Positions 14,597 through 27,767 of a stretch of DNA of 64,000 nucleotides are shown here, piece by piece. The notes beneath the pieces are model-generated. The model saw only the letters and a program-made list of their open reading frames with translations. It was not told the DNA's origin and did no database searches. The stretch is from the human T2T-CHM13v2.0 reference genome, Homo sapiens, in the NCBI RefSeq assembly GCF_009914755.1, contig NC_060947.1. The stretch is one strand, 5' to 3'. Position numbers and translations under genes: made by a program. Each line of letters starts with the position of its first letter. Within the stretch, counting starts at the first letter, position 1.

Positions 14597-14774
14597 AATA
14601 GGTAGGTACATCATGGACCCTGCATGAAAGAGAGTATTCTACAGATTTTAAGAGTCATGTTTTTAACCCATTTCAGTTCATGAGTAAATGATCAAAAATA
14701 CAATATTGACACATAAAGGCTATTGGTACCATCTATATATTAATTAAGTTTTTAGAGATATATATATCTTTAAG

Positions 14775-14817
14775 GATAGATTGATAGATAGACAGACAGA
14801 TAGATAGATAGATAGAT
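14775..14817. repeat. (GATA)n/(GACA)n microsatellite
   Basis: Direct inspection. Confidence 0.9.
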
Positions 14818-15254
14818 CTATATATGCCCCTCATTATACTCTCTCATGTTTATCTGCCACCATACATAGAAAGAGAGACACAGAGAGAAGGTGAAGAAGA
14901 AGGTGAGGGAAGAGGAGGTACGGGAGAGGAAGAGAAGGAGAAGGGGGAAAGAGGTGATAATTTTTAAAAAGCTGCAGTGCAATGCAAAAAAAAAAGCACC
15001 AGCACCTACAGAAAACAAACACCCACTTTAATTTTTCCCAGTGGTGGAATTGATTGTTCTGGGACCTGAGTAAAAGAGCAGGGATGTCTCTGTCTATTCT
15101 CTCTCTCGAGTCAGTCAGTGTGATGCTGCTGGCCTGTGTTTGTGTTTGAATGAGGAAAGACCTTCACTCTAGTAATGACCTAGCAGTTAGCTTGGAGGAC
15201 CTTGGACATATTTGTCCAGTTCCATTCAATACTCCCATAAAGTGCCTGTGGTAT

Positions 15255-15607
15255 TATATTAGTTTGCTTTCATGCTGCTGATAAAGATATGCCTGAGACT
15301 AGGAAGAAAAAGAGGTTTAATTGGACTTATAGTTCCACAAGGCTGGGGAAGCCTCAGAATCTTGGTGAGAAGTGAAAGGCACTTCTTACATGGCAATGGC
15401 AAGAGAAAAATGAGGAGAAGCAAAAGCAGAAACCCTGGATCTCACGTCAGATCTCATGAGACTTATTCACTATCATAAGAATAGCAAGGGAAAGACCGGC
15501 CCCCATGATTCTATTACCTCCCCCTGGGTTCCTCCCACAACATGTGAGAATTCTGGGAGATGCAATTCAAGTTGAGGTTTAGGTGGGGACACAGCCAAAC
15601 CATATCA
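15255..15607 (-). mobile_element. THE1C 3' LTR of an interrupted provirus
   Basis: THE1C-type 'aattctgggagatgcaattcaagttgag'; preceded by GGTAT (15250-15254); adjoins the polypurine tract (reverse complement of ttccacccctagcccctcc, 15608-15626). Confidence 0.92.
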
Positions 15608-16536
15608 TTCCACCCCTAGCCCCTCCAAAACCTCACATTTCAAAACAAATCATGCCTTCCCAACAGCCCCACAAAGTCTTAACTCATTTCAGCATTAACC
15701 AAAAAGTCCACAGTCCAAAGTCTCATCTGAGACAAGGCAAGTCCCTTCTGCCTATAAGCGTGTAAAATCAAAAGTGAGCTAGTTACTTCCTAGATACAAT
15801 GGGGGTACAGGTATTGGGTAAATACAGCCATTCCAAATGGGAGCAATTGGCCAAAACAAAGGGGTTACAGTGCCCATGCAAGTCCAAAATCCAGTGGGGC
15901 AGTCAAATTTTAAAGCTCCAAAATGATCTCCTTTGACTCCAGGTCTCACATCCAGGTCACGCTGATGCAAGAGGTGGGTTCCCATGGTCTTGGGTGGCTC
16001 CGTCCCTGTGACTTTGCAGGGTACAGCCTCCCTCCTGGCTTTCATGGGCTGGCGTTGAGTGTCTGCAGCTTTTCCAGGCCCACGGTGCAAACTGTCAGTG
16101 GATCTACCATGATGGGGTCTGGAGGATGATGGCCCTCTTCTTACAGCTCCACTAGGCAGTGCCCTAGTAGGAACTCTGTGTGGGGGCTCCAACCTGACAT
16201 TTCCCTTCCACACTACCCTAGCAGAGGTTCTCCATGAGGGTCCCACCCCTGCAGCAAACATTTACCTGGGCATCCAGGCATTTCCATACATCTTTTGAAA
16301 TCTAGTGAAGCTTTCAAAACCTCAATTCTTGACTTCCGTGCACCTGCAGGCACAACACCACGTGGAAGCTGCCAAGGCTTGGAGCTTCCGCCCTCTGAAG
16401 CCACAGCCCAAGCTGTACGTTGGCTCCTTTCAGCCAGAGCTGGAGTGGCTGGGACACAGGGCACCAACTCCCTAGGCTGCACACAACACAGGGACCCTGG
16501 GCCTGGCCCATAAAATACACGTTTTCCTCCTGGGCT
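15608..16536 (-). mobile_element. THE1 internal sequence, 3' portion, abruptly truncated
   Basis: Continuous THE1-int ('gtccaaagtctcatctgagacaaggcaagtcccttctgcct', 'ccaagctgtacgttggctcctttcagcc') ending at 'ttttcctcctgggct'. Confidence 0.9.
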
Positions 16537-17061
16537 AGAGATAACTAGATGAAGCCAGTACCTGGAATAAACATATTCTTTGTCATATTTTTTCTTATGT
16601 CTTAGTGACATAAAACTAGACATTTAGTGGTACTTAGGCAAACAGTTGAATAAACAACTAGCAATTAGCAGGAAAACTGGTTGAACATAGAAAGTTTAGT
16701 AACCATTCTAGTCAACTCTGTGTTCTTATTTTTTTTGGATTGTTGACTAGGTACTATGGATACAGTAACTAGAGTTACCTGGGTAAGAGTTAAATACAGA
16801 ATCCTCCATAAAACTAGAATAACTGGTTAAAGACAAGTATAAAATTTCATTCTTCTCAACATTTCTCATTTCTTGTTGGAATAATGAGTTAGTTCTGTTA
16901 ATGTGTAGTAGTACCTAGGTTACTACAAATCAAGAACTAGGAAGAGATGACTAGACTAGGATAAGTATTTGACACCAGATGGTGAAAAAAAAAAACCAGT
17001 GTTTTCAAATAGAAACTCTTATTTCCTGTGTGATTAATGAGTTAGAATTAGTACTGGAGCT

Positions 17062-17610
17062 ATCTCTATGAGATGTGGATTTCATTTTGGGGGGTGGTAC
17101 ATACTCAACAGATGAAATTTTGGGTCATATGGTAGTTCTATTTTGATTTTCCAAGGAACCATTATACTGTTTTTCATAATGTACCAATAACATTTCTGCC
17201 CTGTAAGGGTCCCCTTTTCTGCACAACCTAAAAGGGTTTCACTCTCTCCACACCTTTGCCATCATTACTTTTTATCTCTTGACTTTTTGCTAATACCCGT
17301 CCTAACAGGTGTGAGGTGATAGTTCATTGTGGTTCATTTGCATTCTCTGATTATTAATGATGTTGAGCACATTTTCATAAACCTGTCAGCCAGTTGTGGG
17401 TTTTCTTTCGAGAAATGTCTATTAAAGTCCTTTACCTATTCGTAAACCAGACTATTTTTTTTTTTTTTTTGCTATTGAGCTGTATGAGTTCTTTATATAC
17501 TTTGGATATTAACTCGTTATTAGATATATGGTTCACAAATAGTTTCTCCCAAACCATACCCTGCCTTTTCATTTTGTTGATTGTTGACTGTGCAGAAGCT
17601 TTTAGTTTCC
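17062..17610 (-). mobile_element. L1M (L1MA/MB-like) fragment
   Basis: 'gggtcatatggtagttctatttt', 'cctaacaggtgtgaggtgatag', 'gctattgagctgtatgagttctttatatactttggatattaac'. Confidence 0.8.
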
Positions 17611-17611
17611 A

Positions 17612-17754
17612 GGCTGCTCACTTGCCCTACATATTTCAGCTTCCTAGACCCCCACAATGTGTGAATGTGTGAGCCAATTGCTTAGAGTAAAGCATATCGT
17701 ATATAATATTATTCATAAATAAATACCATACAATAGTAAATAGATGTTTATGAC

Positions 17755-17799
<45 letters not shown>

Positions 17800-17851
17800 A
17801 AATATCCTGTTGGCTTAGTTTCTCCTTCTCTGAGGAACCCAGCCTGATACA
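17612..17851 (+). mobile_element. MLT2 (ERVL LTR) 3' fragment with internal (CA)n at 17762-17799
   Basis: 'cccccacaatgtgtg...gtgagccaatt...tcctgttggc...gaggaacccagcctgataca'. Confidence 0.6.
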
Positions 17852-18057
17852 AATACCCAGCTGAGCGAGTGTCTTTGCTGATCTTCACCGCCTGAAGCCA
17901 GTGCTTTAAACCATGAGAATGAAACATTGAGGGGCACTATGTGGACACTGGGAGAAGGAAGTGAGATGGAAAAGTTCTTTGATTGCATCCAAGAAGTGAA
18001 TGGTCCTCAAGGTGCAGCAGAGGAATTTGTAGGAGAGAGGGATGATTGATTGACGGC

Positions 18058-18360
<303 letters not shown>

Positions 18361-18654
18361 AACTGACGTCTTCATATAGCCCTCCGTCTATCCCAGTTAG
18401 CATGGAGGGATTTTAGGTAGGTCATACAGAAACTGGGTAATGATGGCAGGTGTGGAGGAACAGAATGTACCACTGAATGGGAGGTCCGGGGGAAACATGT
18501 GGCGGAAATATCCTCCCGTGCCACGTGATCTGCCAAAATTGAACATGGGGAGTTTAGGAGGGGTGACATGTCAGTTTGGGAACTATCTTTAGGGGTGCTA
18601 ACCCAAATCTCCCTTTCTCCAATTAGAGCACCCTGCCTTCCTCATTAGATGTCA

Positions 18655-19633
<979 letters not shown>

Positions 19634-19734
19634 ACGGCCAAGTACTCCCCTATCTCTGAGAGCAGCGACTAAGTTCAGGCCCAGCCGCCAGACCTCAGAG
19701 ATCTCACCAGCGGGGTGCTTGCCATTCTGATGAT

Positions 19735-19740
19735 AATAAA
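19735..19740 (+). terminator. Polyadenylation signal AATAAA
   Basis: ~100 nt after the stop codon, followed by GT-rich downstream elements (tgtgttg, tgtgttctct). Confidence 0.85.
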
Positions 19741-19784
19741 ATGAATGTGTTGCAAATTGATCTGAGTGACTCTGTGTTCTCTGA

Positions 19785-20279
19785 TGGTGGGGAGGGAGGG
19801 AGGGAGGGAGGAAGAGGTGGTGTGTGGGGGGGGAGGGAGGAAGAGGTGGTGTGTGGGGAGGGAGGGAGGAAGAGGTGTGTGGGGAGGGAGGGAGGGAGGG
19901 AGGAAGAGGTGGTGTGTGGGGGGGGAGGGAGGAAGAGGTGGTGTGTGGGGAGGGAGGGAGGGAGGAAGAGGTGTGTGGGGAGGGAGGGAGGGAGGAAGAG
20001 GAGGTGTGTGGGGAGGGAGGGAGGAAGAGGTGTGTGGGGAGGGAGGGAGGGAGGAAGAGGTGTGTGGGGAGGGAGGGAGGAAGAGGTGGTGTGTGGGGAG
20101 GGAGGGAGGGAGGAAGAGGTGGTGTGTGGGGAGGGAGGGAGGAAGAGGTGTGTGGGGAGGGAGGGAGGGAGGGAGAGGAGGTGTGTGGGGAGGGAGGGAG
20201 GGAGGGAGGAAGAGGTGGTGTGTGGGGAGGGAGAAAGGAAAGAAGGAAGGAACAAGTGGTATGTGGGGAGGGAGGGAAG
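19785..20279. repeat. G-rich VNTR (CRI-S232 RU2): ~16 units of GTGTGTGGGGA(GGGA)nGGAAGAG
   Basis: No C on the + strand from 19782 to 20252; 13 perfect GTGGGGAGGGAGG copies. Confidence 0.95.
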
Positions 20280-20669
20280 TGGGGTCCCGTGGGGTTGAGG
20301 TCACAGGGACAGGTCACAGTTAGCCAGACAGGAGGATAAGGATTGCGTCATGGCTGAGCACTGGAGACAAATTTCCCCTTCACAGGATGACTCCGCTTCT
20401 TACACGGTTTGTTTCTTCATGCAATCTTGCTAGCACATACACCAAGTACCAAGAACTGGATTCTACCTACTTAGGTTTCACTGTCAAAATACCTTTTCGG
20501 TTATAGAAACCGATGGAAGAATCGTTTCCATCTCTTTCCTTTCAGCGTCCCCTCCCTGCAATCTAATATAATTAAGAAGAAAAATTCAAAGTAGAGAAAA
20601 ATCTATCTACTTGAAAAAAGCCTTTTTATTTTTGCAACTCAGGAGACAGAAAGTACAATTCATATTTCC

Positions 20670-22105
20670 ATACATTAGAAATACACAGGTCTTTTCTACA
20701 TCTAGTAGAATTTACTATATACAAATATATGTAAATTTTTATATAAATAAAATATACAACTATATTTACTATAGACAAACAGATTATATGTTTACATATA
20801 AAATATATACATATAGACAAAATATGGAATATATATTTATATATAAAATATATAAGTATAAATAAATGTAAATATAGATTATACACATTAGAAATACACA
20901 ACTCTTTTTTGTACATAGTAGAACCTATTATGTATATTTATATATTAATATATCTTCTTATGTTTTTATATTTAGATTACATATATAAATATTTATATTC
21001 TATATATTATATATAAAACATTAAACATATATTTATATTTATAAATAATATATCAATATAGACATCAAATCTATATATGAAACCTATCTATAAATATAAA
21101 TACATGAAAATAGATATATATAAATATATATAAAATATATATTCTATATGTGATCATTTATTTTAGAAGGTAAGGTGTTGTGATTGTTGAAGCATCCTTC
21201 ACAGATTAAAAAAAGAAAGGAAATTATCATTTTAAGAAAAATAAAATAAAAATAAAAAATAAATAAAGTACAAAATTCCCAGTTGTCAATAATTACAATG
21301 AGAGAATAATATAGAACTTGCTATATATAGAAAGTATTTCTATATATATTTCTAATATATATATTATGTATATAGTATTTCTAATGTGTATATATGTAAT
21401 GTACATTTATATATATAATTATATAAATGCACAGATCTTTTCTATATATAGTATAATGCACTGCTGTATTTCTAATGTGTTATATATATTAAACCTATAT
21501 TTATATATATTTATATAAATACACAGGTTTTATACATATTTATATAAATACACAGGTATTTATATAAACATATAAACACACAGGTCTTTTCTATGTATAG
21601 TAGAATTTTGTATAGTAGAATTTATGATACATTTAGAAAAGACCTGTGTATTTCTATATTTATATTTAGAAAAGACCTGTATATTTCTAATGGATATATA
21701 TATAGTTTGTATTTATATGTATATTTATAGATAAATATATAATCTCTATATATTTATATATCTATTTCTATGTATTTACATTTAGATAGAGATCTATTTC
21801 ACATATAGATTATATAAATATATTCTATGTAAATATATAAATACATATATAAATATGTAAATATATTTATATTTATGTATAATATATAAATAATATATAA
21901 ATATGTAATGCATAAAGATAAATATACAATATATAAAATATATATTCTATATGTGATCATTTATTTTAGAAGGTAAGCTGTTAGTATTGTTGAAGCATGC
22001 TTCTCAGGCAAAAGGAGAAAGGAAATTATCATTTTAAGAAGAATAAAGTACAAAATTATCACAATTTAATTTCCAGTTGTTAATAATTACACAGACAGAA
22101 TAACT
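20670..22105. repeat. AT-rich low-complexity block with direct and inverted duplications
   Basis: (TA)-rich; recurring ACACAGGTCTTTTCTA motif in both orientations; ~170-bp segment duplicated at an 803-bp offset. Confidence 0.85.
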
Positions 22106-23191
22106 CATGTCCTTTAATCTTACAATGAATAGCACGTTAAACTTTTATGTGATTCTGAAAATATGAATTTCCATATAATAAGGGTTTGAGATGTAAAGCA
22201 CTAACTTTATAGGCAGTTTTCACTTGTTACATAGATTGTTCTTAGAGCTTTAAAGATGTTAAAATTAATGGTGACTTTGAAGAGATGGTAGCATCATTTG
22301 AGAAACAATAAATGGGTTCTGTTTCATCCTTTCCTTGGTGCAGTCAGGGCTTCACTTCATTAGCTTAGGAAGGGATTTCAGAGCTTTGCATGTTGATCTT
22401 GTAGTTGCCTCCTGTGGAATCCTACGAAACCTAGGACGCTATACCACAGAAACAGGGCCTTGCCCCATGTCCTGAACACCATCATTTTGTGGTATATTTC
22501 TTTTGTATTATTTCTTATATGGAAATACCATATAAGAATGAGCATGCTTGGTATAACTCAAAGCCTGTTTATTTGCAAGGCTGTATTGACCCTGGACAAT
22601 AAATATTTGTATGTTACGGATGAGAAACAAGTCTGCATGAAAAGCTCCTGCTGTCTTTTAGGAAAGCGTATTGGCTGTGGTTGTATATCTCTTTCCAAAG
22701 GGAAATTGGTGAACTCTCTGCTATAGTTTTTTCCATAATGACAGCATAAAAACTGAAATAAACTTATCTTGTCAGTGGCCACTTTTGGGGTTGGTGTATA
22801 TTAGGGAGCACTTTTGCAATGTGTTTCAAAATTACATTCAAGGATTAATTTCATGCACCTTATTTTAATGCCATATTTCCATTCAAGCTCTGCATGTCAA
22901 AACAGTCTGTGATGATTCTTTTGGCATTGAAATAATTATCCATGGCACTTAAACCGTGTTTCTTTCATCATTTCATGGCAGTAGGAGCTTCAACTGCTAT
23001 TTGTTGGGAACCCATCCTGACTAGCTCTTTCACTAGGGCTTCATGTTTTATTGTGATGATTGGCAGACTTGTGTTTCAGACATTTTCAGATTTGGAAAGT
23101 TACTATGATTTTGAAATTATAGATGCAAAAATGTCATTGAATTTACTTTCACAAACTTTTAATTCATTATAGACAATAAGAGGTTTAATCA

Positions 23192-23560
<369 letters not shown>

Positions 23561-24325
23561 TCATTTAAGTCTCTCTTTATTCTACATGTTATACACACAG
23601 TTAAATTAGTTAATAAGAGTGTTAAATACTTTCCCTCCTTCTCCAACTACCCACAATCTCAGGCTTAAAATAAACAGTGGAATGCGTAAAGACCCAAAAT
23701 AATATAACAGCAAAGGTGCAGTTGACTTTTGTAATCAAATGATAAATATCAAAGCTTCCTGACGTTTTTAGGCAAATCTTCCTGTGTCCCTAAAAGGAGG
23801 ATCCCCTTGACAGCAGTCATGAACAACAGGTGATCTGAAATTCTCAGCTGTCAAAGACGGTGGGAGAATTTGAAAACACCTTGTACATATTAAAGAGCTA
23901 AGCATGAGCTGATGCATACATACATATGTCTCTGTCTCATTAGACCACAGGAAACAGGACACATGGCAGGAAGGCTCACGTCGATTCCCCTTGACCATGC
24001 AGCTTCCTCTGCTCCTGACTCCTAAGAACTTTCTGACCTATTGGTCATTCCCAGCTTCAGATCCCCACGCATACCGATTGTTTTTGGCCCCACGTCAGTG
24101 ATACACACGACACAGAATTGCTCTCAAAAAACACTCTGGAATTGAAAAATGACAGGGGAAGCTCAACGCGATGGCTGGGTGCCAGAGGGAAGGCCTTCCG
24201 CTGTTTTGAACACTGATGCTAAGCTCTAGAATAACTGTAGCTGCAGCCTGTTGGACCTGGGCATGTGTCAGGCAGGGTGTGAAATGCTCCCCAAGCACGA
24301 CCTCATTTCTCCCTCACGTTACCCC

Positions 24326-24814
24326 TGTGGATTAATCGGGGCTCTAGAGAGACACCACCAACAGGTTATCAGCAAAGATAGATGAGAGGGGATTTATTAG
24401 GGGAATTAGAGGGTGAAAAGTCTCAGGACAGGCTGTCTGCAAGCTGGAGCCCCTGGGATGCCAGGAGCGTGACTCAGGTCACAACCAAAAACCTCAGAAC
24501 TAGGGAAGTGGATGGTGTAATTCTCAGTATAAAAGGAGCCTGAAGTTCTGGTGTTCAAGGGCAGGAAAAGAAGAATCCCAGCTCCAAGAGAGAAAGGGAG
24601 GAAAGTGCCTTTCCTTTGCCCTGTTTCTTCTATCTGGGCCCTCAGAGAATTGGATGGGGCCTGTCTCTATTGAAGACATCTTCCCCACTCTGTCCACCAG
24701 CTCACGCCAATCTTCCCAAGAATACCTGTGCAGGCTCACCTAGAAACAATGCTTTACTAATTCCTGACGTATTCCTTAAGGCAGTCACGTTGACACCTGA
24801 AATTAACCATCACA
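24326..24814 (-). mobile_element. MLT2C-like ERVL LTR
   Basis: Ends 'cagtcacgttgacacctgaaattaaccatcaca' (reverse of the MLT2 start TGTGATGGTTAAT); internal 'caggacaggctgtctgcaagctggag'. Confidence 0.8.
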
Positions 24815-25889
24815 CCCTGTAAAATGGGTAGTGTCCCCACTGGACAAATGAGACAGACAGTTTGGGTACCTTTCTTATACTGCTTATAGGTTATAGAGCC
24901 AGGATTAAAACTCAGGTCTGCAAAGACCAAATTCTAAACTCCACCCTCTTAAGGACTGCTGCTCAACACTGTGGAAGCAGTACTGCATTAGACACTGTAC
25001 GAGGATTGAAGAGGCATTCGAGACACATCCCCTGCTTTAGGGACCACATCTTAGCTTGCATTCATGACAGGAGTCATGTTTCTGTGACTCTACTATAGAC
25101 CCCGGAACCAAGTGTGAATTGGTACGCTTTAGGTGTGCATACGCTCTGCAGAAATCCTAAGAAAGAGCCAGATAATTATAGGCTCGATTCATATAGGGAA
25201 GTTTTTATGAAAACAGCTTTTAGCCAATTCCTGAAAGAAAATATTTTTACTGGCAGAAAAATGTTCTGCTAGAGAATAACTAGTTGAAGGGCTTTGGGGG
25301 AAGGGGCTCTGGACACATGTCCACGGAAGTGGGGAAAAAAGACACACAGAATAGAAACAGAATTGGGGACCCTTCAGGAAGAGAAGTAAGGAAAAGTGCT
25401 AGCCCAGTAAGCCGATATGTAATTTTGAATCTTAACTAGATTGAGAATTTGGATACAACTCAAAACTAGAAAAGAGTAATTGCACTAAAAAAAAATGGCG
25501 CAGAGCAGGGTAAATTAAAATAAAAATTCATTAATAATGAATTAAATTATTCATTCAACAAACATTTATTGGGCACCTTCCATGGTCCAGGTAGAGGGCT
25601 ACATGCTAATCAAAAAATAATAATCGCTGCCAGGACTGAGCAATGCCTGTGAGTCATCCTTAGACTGGTGCTGGAAGATAGATGGGGCTGTCTTATTCCA
25701 TCCTGAGTTTACAAGAGATGACCCTGAGGACCAGCCAGGCTAAATAACCTTTTCCAGATCACCTAGTACTTGAACCGAAGCTTGTCTGACTCCAAAGCCC
25801 ACACGTTCTCTGATACGCCATGCAGCCAGAAAAGGGCAGTGAAGTACTAAGGTTTGCTAAGGTGTTGAGTATATGGAATAAGATACTCA

Positions 25890-26762
25890 GGAGTATTTTT
25901 AAACTTGTGGTAAAACACACACGACACGACATATACACTCTTAACAAATGTTGAGGTGCATGGTACGGTATTGTTAACTATATGCCCATTGTCCTACAGT
26001 GGATCCTTACAACTTTCTGGGATGGTTAATATTGTCAACTTGGTTGGGTTGAAGGATGTAAAGTATTGTTCCCTGGTGTGTCTGTGAGGGTGTTGACAAA
26101 GGAGATTAACATTTGAGTCAGTGCACTGGGAGAGGCAGACCAACCCTCAGTCTGGGTGGGCACCATCCAGTCAGCTGCCAGCGTGGCTAGAATAAAGCAG
26201 GCAGGAGGTGGGAGAAGCCGACTTGCTGAGTCTTCTGGCCTCCATGTTTCTCCTGTGCCAGAAGCTTCCTCGAACATCAGACTCCAAGTTCTTCAGCTTT
26301 TGGACTCTTGGACTTACACCAGTGTTTCGCCAGGGGCTCTCTGGCCTTTGGCCACAGACAGACTGAAGGCTGCGCTGTGGGCTTCCCTACTTTTGAGGTT
26401 TTAGGACTTGGACTGGCTTCCTGGCTCCTCAGCTTATAGACGGGCTATTATGGGACTTCACCTTGCGATCATGTGAGTCAATACTCCTTAGTAAACTCCC
26501 TTCATATATGCATCTATCCTATTAGTTCTGTCCCTCTAGAGAACACTAATACACTTTCTCGTCTTGTATGACTGAAACTCCATGCCCATTGCACCTCAAT
26601 TCCCCATTTTCCCCTCCCCCAGCCCCTAGCAATGACCATTCTACTTTCTGTGAGTTTAACTATTTTAGATATTTCATAAAAGTAGAATTGGGCAGCATTT
26701 GTCCTTCTGTGACTGGCTTGTTTCACTTAAGCATGATGTCCTCAGGTCCATCTGTCCTGTAG
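25890..26762 (-). mobile_element. L1MA/MB 3' end, interrupted by an MLT2A LTR
   Basis: 'ttgtggtaaaac...gtattgttaactat' | 'cagcccctagcaatgaccattctactttctg...ctgtgactggcttgtttcacttaagcatgatgtcctcagg'. Confidence 0.8.
26018..26553 (+). mobile_element. MLT2A (MLT2A2-like, HERV-L) solo LTR
   Basis: TGGGATGGTTAATATTG...TCCCTCTAGAGAACACTAATACA; perfect TSD CTTTC (26013-26017, 26554-26558). Confidence 0.92.
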
Positions 26763-27317
26763 GAGTGGTTTCTGACATCCTACAAAGTGAGAGGGTTTTG
26801 AAACTTGTGAGACATGCACAAAGGTGGAGAGACTACTATAGTGATCACCATGTTTTCATCATGCAGCTCCAACCACTACAAAAGTCAGCTAATTCCATTT
26901 CACCTGTTACCCTCTCCAAACCTGACCTATCCCCTGCCCAACTCAGTTATTTTAAAGCAAGTCCTAGATTACTTTTTAAGTAAACTGACTTGGGCGTGTT
27001 TAAGAATTTGCCTCAAGTCAGATGGTTTTGATTTTTTAATTTTTTCCTGGTGACAACAGTAATCCAAGATTGAGTAACAATTATTCAAGCCTTACAGAAG
27101 CACACAGAGAGTAACATTTTATAGATGTTACATTTTATAGATCCTCAGTGAGGATCTATATTAGCGATGTGATATATGCCACTGTAAAGCTCTTTCCCAC
27201 CCTGTCCATGTGCTAATGTTGACCTCACAATGTTGTGAGCTTACGTTGCTCTCTAACGCTGTTCACTTAACAGTATAGCCAGACAATGATTTCATCATGG
27301 AACTGAAGCTGAAGATG

Positions 27318-27413
27318 CTGTTCCAACCTCTGCCTGTTACCCAGTTCCAATGTCGCTTCCACATTTTTCAGGTAACTATTCAGCAACTCCCCACTCTATT
27401 GGTACCAATTTAC
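27318..27413 (-). mobile_element. THE1 internal sequence, first ~96 bp after the 5' LTR
   Basis: 'ctgttccaacctctgcctgttacccagttcca...cccactctattggtaccaatttac' is the THE1-int segment adjoining the 5' LTR. Confidence 0.88.
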
Positions 27414-27767
27414 CATATTAGTCCATTTTCATGCTGCTGATAAAGACATACCCGAGACTGGGAAGAAACAGAGATTTAATTGGATTTACAGTTCCACATG
27501 GCCGGGGAGGCCTCAGAATCATGGCAGGAGGTGAAAGGCACTTCTTACATGGCAGCAGCAAGAGAAAATGAGGAAGATGCAAAAGCGGAAACCCCTAATA
27601 AAACCATCAAATCTCATGAGACTTATTCACTATCATGAGAATAGCACGGGAAAAACTGGCCCCCATGATTCAATTACCTCCCTCTGAGTCCCTCCAACAA
27701 CACGTGGGAATTCTGGGAGATACAATTCAAGTTGAGATTTGGATGGGGACACAGCCAAACCATATCA
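27414..27767 (-). mobile_element. THE1C 5' LTR of the interrupted provirus
   Basis: THE1C sequence ending CCAAACCATATCA, followed by GGTAT (27768-27772). Confidence 0.92.

Noticed and set aside
14242-15607. Pairing the 14242 LTR with the 15255 LTR as one provirus
   Set aside because: The 14242 LTR has its own complete AATAG TSD and different diagnostic bases, and the DNA between them is not THE1-int.
15779-16623. 160-aa and 136-aa ORFs on the - strand
   Set aside because: Decayed fragments of the THE1 internal ORF, not a host gene.
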